Shown in pieces: positions 10,701-22,700 of a stretch of 64,000 nt of DNA. The stretch covers positions 710,155-774,154 of the forward strand of contig NMRA01000126.1 of the NCBI GenBank assembly GCA_002633005.1, in the 5' to 3' direction. The position numbers and the translations under genes are program-made. The number at the start of each line of letters is the position of its first letter. The first letter of the stretch is position 1. This DNA comes from Phoronis australis. Taxonomy: Eukaryota; Animalia; Phoronida. The notes beneath the pieces are model-generated. The model did not search any database. It was not told where the DNA came from and was given only the letters and a program-made list of their open reading frames with translations.

Positions 10701-13700
10701 TGTGTTTTACAATCAATTTCTTTCTTACTGCGGTTGCACTTGAATTATCAACACTGGTTTTTTTTTTGCAAAATTCATGGCAATCTTACCATTTCCAAGA
10801 CAACATTCACGTGACCATGAATTAAATAATGATGACGATAATTCAAATCTAAGAATTTTTAAAAAATAAATATGGCCACAGGTAAAATACGCCAGGATGT
10901 CTTCAAGTTTCCCCACAGCTTGCGCACAATTGGTCCACAATACCAGGGTTATACTTGTGGTGTTTCGCACAAAATAGAACATGCTTCTTGGTCAGCTAAA
11001 TTGTAGTACAAAATACTGGTCTGACTAGTTGTCCTGACCAGATGCCACTGGCACCCTTAACCAAAACAGCCTAAACCAAGCATAGACAAAGAGTAATGGT
11101 CAACACATAATAGACATCCTCAGCGATAAACCCAACCTACTTTTTACAGTTTGCCCAATCGCACACATAATCTCCAAGGACCAGACTGGCTATACTGGAC
11201 GTCGACGAACGCCTGGAATCTGTTTTCTTTGACTTCTTCTTCTTTGGCTTACTGGTCTCATCCACAGAATGCTGTCGCTTAACTACAACATAACCAGAAA
11301 GATCTTATAAAGATTTTGTTAAGAGATTAGTAATCATAGCATGGTTTCCATTCAAATATGCCTAGCAACCAGAGATCTCCTCCTTTCAGAAACAGAAAAA
11401 ATCACAAAAAAATCTGCCAGTAAATATTTTGAACAGCACCTCATCTTGACACGAGATCAAACTCATGAACATACCCTCCCCTACAGTCGTACAAGATATT
11501 TCTCTAAAATGTTTGTGGCAATCACAGTTTTCTGTAACCAATCAACTCGTAAACAGAACAATTGGCCTAGAACTTGTGAAAAGCAATGTCATATTAAGTG
11601 AGTGAATGTTATTAACCAGACCTGCTGTCCAATGTTTCGACTGTACCAGAGTCACTTAAAAAGTAGTCAGCAAGTTCTTATCAGAATTTTAACTCATAAT
11701 ATAAATTACTCACAGTGACTAACCAACAACCATATTTACCTGCTCCATCAGCTGACTGAGATGCCAGCTCCGTTGTCTGAACATCAACTCTACCAGGAGT
11801 GCCTTGTGAACCAGACCCCTCAGGGGCAGAGGAGGGCCCATCATCCTGGTCAACATCCATTCTCACCTCACTTTTTGCACCTGAAGTTACTGACTTATCA
11901 ATTAAATTATTTACAGTGACTGCATCTATGTTTTCACAGGATATGCCTTCACTGCTCGTTTCGACTACTGGAATCGTAGCCTGAAGGTCACTTTCTGTGC
12001 CATTGGGTAGAGGACTATTTTTAATGTTCTTCGCATTAGTTGCACTACCTATGTGAGTGTTGGCACCACTCGTCACATCAGCTGATTGACAATCACCCTT
12101 CATCGAACTAACGTTAGGGTGACAGTCAAGCCTTGCACCATCACTAGATACAGCATCTTTAGGACTATTGTCATTATCAGACACATCTGTTGTAGGACAC
12201 GTGTCACCACTCGGCGTAGCATCTTTACGACTATTGTCATCACCAGACACATCTGCTGTAGGACACATGTCACCGCCAGACGCATCTGCTGTAGGACACA
12301 TGGCAACACTTTTCACAGCATCTTCAGGACTATTGTCATCACTCTTACCACAGGCAACAGCACAAGTGTTGTCATTACCTGCACTAGTTATAGGACCGTT
12401 GTTACCATGTGCCACTTCTTCTAAAGAGCAAGTTTTCTCATCTGTTGTACTAGCTATAATACCATTATCACCTCTCAATGCATTGCCAACAGGGCTCATG
12501 ACATCCTTAGTAACAACATGTCCTGTATTACAATCACCTTTGGTCATATTGTCGCCCGAGATGTCCAACTTGCTAGACAACACTTTTGGCGTTTCCAATT
12601 CCTCAGGCAGTGCACCATTCTCAGTAACATGACCAATTCCATTAAGTTTAGTCTTAGTCCTTAATTTGTCACTAGCATTAAGTATACTGTCTATGTCACC
12701 ATTAGGCAGATGATTAACAAGGCCATTCATCAAACAATGTTCCTTCAGATCGACTGCCTCAGTCATNCTGTAGGACACATGTCACCGCCAGACGCATCTG
12801 CTGTAGGACACATGGCAACACTTTTCACAGCATCTTCAGGACTATTGTCATCACTCTTACAACAGGCAACAGCACAAGTGTTGTCATTACCTGCACTAGT
12901 TATAGGACCGTTGTTACCATGTGCCACTTCTTCTAAAGAGCAAGTTTTCTCATCTGTTGTACTAGCTATAATACCATTATCACCTCTCAATGCATCGCCA
13001 ACAGGGCTCATGACATCCTTAGTAACAACATGTCCTGTATTACAATCACCTTTGGTCATATTGTCGCCCGAGATGTCCAACTTGCTAGACAACACTTTTG
13101 GCGTTTCCAATTCCTCAGGCAGTGCACCATTCTCAGTAACATGACCAATTCCATTAAGTTTAGTCTTAGTCCTTAATTTGTCACTAGCATTAAGTATACT
13201 GTCTATGTCACCATTAGGCAGATGATTAACAAGGCCATTCATCAAACAATGTTCCTTCAGATCGACTGCCTCAGTCATCTTGGCAACTAACTCTTGCTTT
13301 TTTAGTGAGATGTTTTCATTTACTTCACTAGAATCTCTCTCTCCATTTGTCAGGTCACCATTTGGCAAGCCATTCAGCAGACCCTTGTGTTGAGATTCTC
13401 CGTTCTTCGTTGGTGACATCTTATTCTGCCTATTGTCCTCGCTGGGCACAAATGGTGGTGCTGCCCCAGACTGTATATGAGTGATGTTTTCTACACGTTC
13501 TATCTTAGCCTCCTCAACCACTTCGTGATGAAGGACAACATCCTGGGCCCTCTCTACCTGGGAGCAGACCTCTAACTGGTAACTGCGTGGGGAACGAGGC
13601 GAGCTGGACCGGCGAGGCGACGCCCCTTTAGCACTCCTGGGTGACGACGACCTGGACGGAGACGAGGCTGGCGACTTTCTGCTGCCACCACCTCTGTTGA

Positions 13701-16700
13701 CACTACTCTCTGTAAAGCTCAAGGTCTGCTGGAGAGTTTCAACAAACCCACTAGCAGGAAGGCCTCGTGCCAACAGAGGATTAGTCAAGGGGTTCCTATC
13801 TGAGCATGGTGCCTGGTTGGTCTTAGGCGGTGTGCTCGTGCACTGAGCTGCAGTGGATGGCTGGTCTCTAGCAGTGGCAGTGTGGGACAGTTTACTAGCC
13901 AACAAACTCTTGATGAGATTACTCTGGGAAGACTTCGCCGTGTGTGATGATGATGGAGGGGGCTTGTTGGGAGACATCTGCTGTTGTAATCTCTGCTGAA
14001 AGGCGAGCACATTCTGTGGAGGAGCCATGAGTTGCTGTTGCAGCACAGATGGGGGCTTGGATGGTGGTGGCTGGCAGGAATGATCAGGGAGATGGTGTGG
14101 CTGCATCACAGATGACGGAGGCTTGGCTGGCACTGGTTGGTGAGAGACTGGAAACAATCAGATGCAGTAATGTACAACTAACAACTGACCATTTACGCAC
14201 AAACCAAAGTCACACGCGCTTGTCCGAATGTACACACAAGGAAAGGGAAAGTTGCCATGTTAGATTTAATAACTGTGCCAAATGTCTGCAAGCTGCAATA
14301 CATGTGTAACTCATTGCACAAAGTCACTATACAGACGTCTGCTCACCCTGTCTGGCAGTTGTGTGTCTACACCAGTAACACTTATCTTAGCTGCTGTGAC
14401 AATTCATGGACACTGAAGTCCAGTCATATCATACATCTCATAACATTATAATCAAACGCGATGACTCGCCATTTGAATCTGATTGAGAATTTCAAAGACA
14501 CACTCGCATGAAATTTTTCTACAACAGCAATCTGTTTTTACACCATGTGCAATGGGGCCTACTATCAGTACAGAAACTTAACCTAGAAACATGACATCAG
14601 ATACACTGTGATCATCCTCAATTAAAACTGCTAAAATCTATCGATATATAACAACGCATTATGTCGAGTGGTTATACTGCTCGTTCAGTCCAACACTGAG
14701 GACGGTAAGCCCTGAGCCACCCTTTCACTGTTGGCATGGCAACACTACACAATCCAATGAAGATGTTGGATGCGTCATGTCATGTGACCATGCCTGGGTT
14801 GTGTTAGTAAACTACCAACCTGGAGGTGGCGCTCCTTTCTTCCCAATCCCTTTGAAGAATAGTTCACCACTGCCACTGCCTTGGGGATCAAGCTTGGTGA
14901 CCTCTAGGTTAGGAAACAACATCCTACAACCGACAATGATTCAATAGAATATGCCAGAAAACTAAAAGTCAAAACGATGAAACATACAAATTTAGAGCTA
15001 ACATTCATTCAGCACAAGGCCTACCTAGTAAAACTGTAGGCCTACCTCACATTATAACAAAAAATAAAAATGAAACACAGTAGGCACAACCACACCTAAG
15101 AAGGGCGGCACCTGATTAGCTGACATTTTTACTCTCTCATTACACCAACTCTAGTATCTTTTAAATTACCTTTTATCAAATTTTTACTAATTCCAGTTTA
15201 CATATTTCACATTTGTAATGGCCAACACTGGGGATACAAAAACACATAAACCCATCATCAAGCTTTTTACATGCTTGCTGTCATGGACTAAGCAACAACG
15301 TCATGTCATCAGCAATTTGGGGATTTCATTTATGACACTGCTGTCGTCTTTCACATTATGGGATGATTGTCGGCTCGCAAACATCTGTTGACATCACAGA
15401 TAACTTGGTGACTTGTACTATAATGTGAAAGTACAGGTCAACTGCAACATGCTTTTGGAGCGAGTATGACTAAACAACAATTATTATATAAGAATAAAGA
15501 ATTGAAGTGAGCTAAAATGCATCGAATGAATACATTCACTTTTAAATTTTTTTGCCCAAAAAATTCTTGAGTTAAATTTCACCACCTAAAATTGCAGGCC
15601 TACGCTATGTAGACCGCGGAAATGCAAGGTTACGAGATACCGCCATGCATTACAAGCAAAACATGAGGTCACACTAGTTTCACTCGCTCATATTCTTGCG
15701 CTTACAGAACACCACCCAGGTTTATAAAAGTCTCCAAGTTTTCAGTAATGACAACAGATGTTTATGAGCCTACAATCGACCCTCAATAAATTTGAAAAAC
15801 GGCCATCAACATTACCAGTGAGCATATTTTGCTGTAGATGAAATCACCAGATATGATCCATTTCAGGATGCACTCTTCCTTATCATGTAAACTTGAGAGT
15901 AAAACCCCGGCTTGAGATATCTATATCGCCAAAGACCAAACTCAAAACCAACCATCCATCAAAGTGCAGAAACAGCTTCACGTAATATCATGATATTAAA
16001 TTCTGTTTAAATCTGTAAAAAGGGTCGACTGATTATTCAGGCGTGAACCCAGGATCATGATCAGTGGGGGTCTGATGGTGGACAGCTGCAGGACACTTTA
16101 CATTACTCTACAGAAGCAGTAAAAAGTGTCCAAGCAGGGGAAGTCCAGGCCCTCTTCTGGATCTGCACCAGTGATCAGTGTACAGCACAGAGACCAACAT
16201 TTACCTGACACAGTTGAAGAAATTATCGGCAGGTAGTACACTAGTCTGGCCATGTTTTGAACAACAGTGCAGGAAGCTAGAGTAGACATCAGCACGACTG
16301 GTCACCTTGCTTGGCTGTGCTTCATAGTTTGACTTGAGCCTGATTACAGAGCAAAGGACATTGATAATACAAAAGCTGTCAAAAACTGACATTTGGTAAC
16401 CAATACGTTTGCTTCAAAAAAGCAACTGCAGCATGGTCCTTTGAATATGCACTCTTATGACAACTTTCAGCATGATGACCCGCACCACTTAAACATAGTG
16501 GCAATTACTAAATAGAAAGATACTACACCAATTATACATGGTAAAATTAAGTTGGCTTATCTTGACACAACTGTGACAAGCACACAAAAGAATGTTTTTA
16601 ATTGTAGTAAAAATAAAAAAAACATTAGAGCAAACAGTATGCTTCTAGGTGTGACTGTTAGTGTCATACAAATGGTCAACAGATGGTGCAGAATATGTCC

Positions 16701-19700
16701 AACCTGTCCGAAAATGGAAAGTTGCTGTCGTCTCCGTAATAGTAAACAGTTTTGCATATTTCATGAAAATCTATCGAGGAACTTCACAAAAACAGGGTAA
16801 TAGATATAATGTGGCTGCATTTTGAGAACCAGCGTTCTCCACAGAATAACGCACATCAAACTGGTTCCCACTATTGCCAAAGCATATGTAAAAAAATCAA
16901 ATTGCCACTGGGGAAGGACAGCCCGTCAGTCTGTTGTCAAGTTCATTGGAATACACTTGTCAGATCCTGCAAGCCTTTAAGCAAGACACTCAGAGATGCA
17001 AAAAATGCCACTTTGGGCACTAGAGCAGTTGGACAAAATTAATGTCACTCCTGCTTTGGTCAATGGAAACACATCTGTAAATTTTCATAATGATCCTTTG
17101 CATGGTTTGGCAGATAGAGAGGCAGACATCAAAAATGAACTTAACAAGAGCAACGCGGAGCGTTGAAATGCGCCCACAATTGCACCGCATACGGTATCCT
17201 TCTAGGGTTGTTTATTGGTACCATAAAGTGGCCAGTAGAGGGCATACTTTGCAAAATGGAAAGGCATGGTCATTGTCTCCTCAATAGGCTAGGGGCAAAA
17301 TGTGAGTAATCTTCATAATACAAGCACATCCTATACACCAGTTGCTTAAAGCACCACAGAAACATAGAATTAAAAACAAATTTACCAACATACGAGATTA
17401 GCACAGCATTAGAATGCCAGAAACAAATTTCTACTTGGAACTTTTCCTTCACAGTCACGAAGTAACACAAAGTATACACCTGAAGACCTATGAAAATACA
17501 GAGGTCAATGTAAAATACTAAAATTGCCACTAGAGGCAAATACTAAAATTGCCACTAGAGGCATACCGGTAATCAGAATCATCCTAAAGTCGTCATCGTC
17601 CGTTGTCAACATCACATAAATACACTTGCTAAATTTAGTAAAGATCCTGCAAACGGTTTGGGAGATACAGCCATGGGCGCAAAAAAACAAAACTGCCACT
17701 AGGAGGCGCCACAGTAGTCCAAATCGTCTGAAAATCATTGTCAGCTGTCTTCCTTATAGTAAGCACATACACGCCAATTTTCACAATCATCCTTTGAGCG
17801 GTTTGGTTGATAGAGGGGTGGACGCAAAAATACAGACTCGAAAACAGTAAAAATGGCCACTAGGTGGCGCAAACTACGTCGAATCCATCTGAAAACAGTA
17901 GGATAGCGTCATCTCACTAATAGGTGCCTACATACCAAATTTCATGAAAATCCGTTCAATACTTTTGAAGATACAAAGGTAAGCGTAAAAAACTAAAATT
18001 GCCACTAGGGGGCACACCGGTAGTCGGATCCGACCAAAAGTCGTCATCTTCCGTTGTTAACATCATATAAATATACTTACACAATTTGTAAAGATCCTGC
18101 GAACGGTTTAGGAGATACAGCCATAGGCGCAAAAAAACAAAACTGCCACTAGGAGGCGCCACAGTAGTCGAAATCGTCGGAAAATCATCGTCAACCATCC
18201 TCTACATAGTAAGCATATACATGCCAATTTTCACAATCATCCTTTGAGCGGTTTGGTTGATAGAGGGGTGGACGCACAAAAACAGACTCGAAAACACTAA
18301 AAATGGCCACTAGGTGGCGCAAACTATGTCGAATCCATCTGAAAACGGGAGGATAGCGTCATCTCACTAATAGGTGCCTACATACCAAATTTCATGAAAA
18401 TCCAATAAGGACTTGTGAAGATACAAAGGTAAGCGTAAAAAAATTAAAATTGCCACTAGGGGGCACACCGGTAGTCGGATCCGTCCGAAAGTTCGCACAT
18501 GCCGTCCCATTCATGAATGGAACATATGTGCCAAATTTCATGAACGTATGTCAAAGGGTTTTGGAGATAGAGCAGCGGACGCCGGACGCCGCCCGGACGG
18601 ACGGAGATGACGGCATAATGCGTCCACATATAAATATGTGGGCACATAAAATTCAACATGACATGATCTCGTTAGGAATACATCTGCCATTTTTCAAAAC
18701 AATCCTTTGAGAGGTTTAGTGGATAAAGATGTGGATGCCAAAAACCCCTCGAAAATAACAAAATTGGCCACTAGGTGGTACATAATATGTCGAATCCACC
18801 TTAAAATGGAACAGCATTCTCGCCTCCTTGATAGAAGCATACACGCCAAATTTCATGAAAATCCATCAAAGAACTCTGAAGATGGAGGCAAAGGCAAAAA
18901 ATGCAAGATTGCCACTAGGGGGCACAGTGGTAGTCACACTGGTTCGAAACACGTAGTCATCCATCTTCAGCTTCATATGAACACATCTGCAAAATCCCAT
19001 TGAGATCCTACAAGGGGTTTATGAGATAAAACAGTAGACACTGGACATCCCAGAAAGAGACGACAGCAATATGCACCTACATGATTAAGTCAATGAGGGC
19101 GCATAAAAATGTGCTAACCCAAGCAATGAAAACTAGAGAAAAAATAAAATATTTCGACTGACCTATCCACCTCAAAGAGTGAGGATAAGGCAACGGGAAA
19201 TATCATTTAAGACACATCTTTAAAAGAATAACATTAAGAGTTTTGTCAGCCCAAAGACTTACCAATTACACGCATATGTCTGTGGGTCGACTGCTACAGG
19301 CCTTGGTATTGACTGATATGTTTGACCTTGTATGGGTGCTGCAGGCAATCCTGCAAGAACACAGTCACGGACTTGTAGACTGGCACATGGACTTATCTGA
19401 TACATTCTAGCTAATACTCGAGTTGATATATGTGTCAAAGAAACTCGGAGCACTATTGTCCTGGTCTGATTAATAAACAACTTCAACAAGTGATGCACAA
19501 GATTTCTTTGAAAAGCGACTACAAACCCAAGAATCAAATTTTTAGACCACTTACTGCAATACAATTGGTCCTAACTTGTCCCTTACTAAGACGAGAAGTG
19601 ACTTCTCAGTATGGAAAGAAGTGACAGTTAGTTGTTCCTTGAGAACATACATGTCGCATAAAATGACTTAACAAGCCAACCTGTAGAGCCTCATCTCAAC

Positions 19701-22700
19701 TAATAGCCAACTGTCAATTCTATCGAAGTCCTCAAATCATCTCCAATTTGAAGAAGGAACAGTAAGTAATCCAATTCAAAAGATATTTTTCATAATCTAA
19801 GGTGGGTTTATAGCAATATCAAACTGATTTTATAAGTGCCTTCGACAAGTGCTGTAAATGTAAAATTGAGATGTCAAAAATATTCCATTTTGTAACAAAC
19901 ATATGGCTTGCGCTAACCCTACATTGACAGTCTTCAATGTCTTTTAATCAGAGAATGATAGATCAGAACTAAATCAGCTATCTTTGTTTCAGTATCCCAT
20001 ACAACTGGACAATTTACTCTGCACAAGCTACACAAGTTGATGACTACACAAGCCTACTTACTGTTATCTGATTGTGTGGCAAGGGCGTGTGGTGAGATAG
20101 GGACCATCTCGTAATGTTCTATCACCTTGATACCCTGCAGAGCTCCTGGACCATACGATCCAGCTTCAATAGTCACCAGGTCAACAAGTGTGTCTGAAAA
20201 AAGCATATTTTATTTCTTTCTCTCCAAGTGAGTTTTGAAAGACACAAATGAGAGAGCTATATGCAAAATAACTATTGGCTTATAGTGGTGGTAACATATT
20301 AATCGAACTGGACTGCTGGACACAAATCTAGAACCACTGTTTCCATGTGTTTTTGAATGTTGAATTTATCATCTAGAATTATAATGAATGACACAAAGTT
20401 TGGTTCCTGTTTTTTAAATAAATCGCTTTACAATGCAAAAGTTTAATACTTTGTTATTGTAACAAAAGATTGCTCCTCATAAAACTGTTTCCCTACTCAA
20501 AGCCAGAAGATTGTTCTTATCCAGCAACCATTTACAAAGTGACATAACAGACATAAAAAGTATGTTCCAACATTTCTGGTTCGTGATGACAAAAAGTACT
20601 GCCCACATAACATAACAAATTTCACTTAAAAACTGTTGTAGAGTTACTACTTTGACACAAGTTTTTACAAATATCCTTGCAACTTGAATAATTATTAAAA
20701 GACTACTCACTTAAGTCTGGAAAAGTTAACACAATGAAATGGACAGGGGAGATAAGTACGAGTCTTTAATGCATATTTGGCTTCAGAAATTTCCAAAATT
20801 GAACCAGAAAAGCAATACTGTTAGAAGAGAACAAATGATGGAGTATCAGCCTGTTTTCAAACTGATTTTGAAATATTCCACATCCGAGATTCATTTACAA
20901 CTAATAAGCATCTCTCGAGATGTTACATGCAACACATTCACAGTGCAACTTCAACATAATTATGGGACCACTTTTGCACAAACCTTATCACTTCCAAGCA
21001 CTTTTCTGTGATCAAAATGTCAGCTACTTGTAAACACACAACGACATTAGTGATCAGTCCAAGTTCAGACTCACACTACGATGTGATGGTTAGCTCCGAG
21101 ATGCAACATTTGATGTCATACTTATCTCAACTTTAAAGGGACATGAATGGATGAAAGTAGGAAAAGGCAGCACATACCCACGCAGCGCTTGCTGTTGGCT
21201 ATACCATTGCAGGCCTCCTCGCCCAGTTCACTGAGCTGATAGAGAGACTCCAGGGCGTATACTATCAACTGAATGTCCTGCACGGTCAGCAGACCAGCCA
21301 GGTCAGAATAGGCCTTTGGCTCCAGACTGCTAGTCACGATCTCCTCGTTACATTCCACCTGACACAGTTTGCCCAGGATCTCCATGCCTCGGACCACCTC
21401 AAACTTATCAGAGGAGCCTAGACAGCGTGTGATTGTCCTCAGTACCAGCTGGGTGTTACGGAAGTCAATGGGGTCGAGTGTCAGCTGCGAAAAGCAAATA
21501 CATATTTTGCTGGTTTGAGGCAAGGTTGCTTGTTTCTGGCAATAGTATCTAGACAAGACCTATCAAAAAGGAAGTAATATTCCATGTTTTATTGAGGCAT
21601 TTGACAAAGTGAAAACACAATTCCACTTTAATGTAAACTGAGTGCTAAATAAGAGGATATTAAATTCAAAAACAACAACTTATTCAAACAGAAACAACTG
21701 GAAGCCTGGATATGCGCCCACAGTGCAATATGTTTCTAAGGGTGATTAACAGATTTGTGTAAGGTAAAAGGTGACAACAATATGACCACAAGGGGTAGCT
21801 GCAATAGTCAGAATTGACTAAAGGTGGTGGTACTTCATCTGTTAAAACTAACATCAAATCCTAAAGTTTAAAAATAACAGTTTCCAACATTTGCCACAAA
21901 GAAATAAAACATACCACTAAGGGACACATCACTAAGCATATAAATTAGTTCTAGTCTACCTCCTTTCATAAAGAACAACCCTGAGGTTTGGCAGATACAA
22001 AGATACAAAAAATGACAGAATGGCACAGCACTTGATGGAATCTTCTCAAAACTGGTAGCTGCCCTCATCTCCATCCAAAATCAATTGGTACCAGTGCATT
22101 GCCGTCGCATCCCTCGATGTCAAACTTTCTTTGAAATCCATTAATCGCTTTTTGAGATATCATCCCGAAACCTTTTTTTCAAAAACACTAAAAAGCCCTT
22201 GTCAACACCAAAACGACGACTAAGGTTGCTGCAGAGGTCGAATTACCCCAAAAGCAAGTTGTGCCACAGCATTTGCCATCNTCTACATATCCCTGTGTTA
22301 AGTTTCATTGAAATCTGTCAATCAGTTGTCTAAAAATTATCAGGAAATGCTCTTCCTAGAAAATACTGAAAAGCACCGTCCCTACTCCCAGGGCAAATTC
22401 ATGAGTTGAAAAGCTACATGCCCAACACCCTCGTGCCAAACTCCATCAAAACACGATCAGGAGTTGCTGAGATGTGGAGCAGACAACTGGGCAACTGGAC
22501 AACCAGACAAAACCAGCCCAAGGAGACATTCTGACCAGTGGTTGAATACAACCAAAAATTGACTGGTTCCCGTATATTGCCATCACATACCTGTGTCAAG
22601 TTTCATTAAAATCTGCCACCAATTGGTTCTATAGACAACATCCCCTGACCAAGGGGGCTTATCAAATTGAAAACTGGCACGCACCGACCAAGCAATCCCC

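Noticed and set aside
11799-14309. Several + strand ORFs up to 154 aa
   Set aside because: Antisense shadows of the large ARID2 exon and its duplicate.
16038-16171. Possible further GGATC-type MITE next to ARID2 exon 13
   Set aside because: Termini are degenerate and no TSD could be defined.
17500-18500. Regularly spaced repeats as a CRISPR-like array
   Set aside because: Eukaryotic intron; the inter-motif sequences are themselves repeated (450-bp period), not unique spacers; no cas genes.
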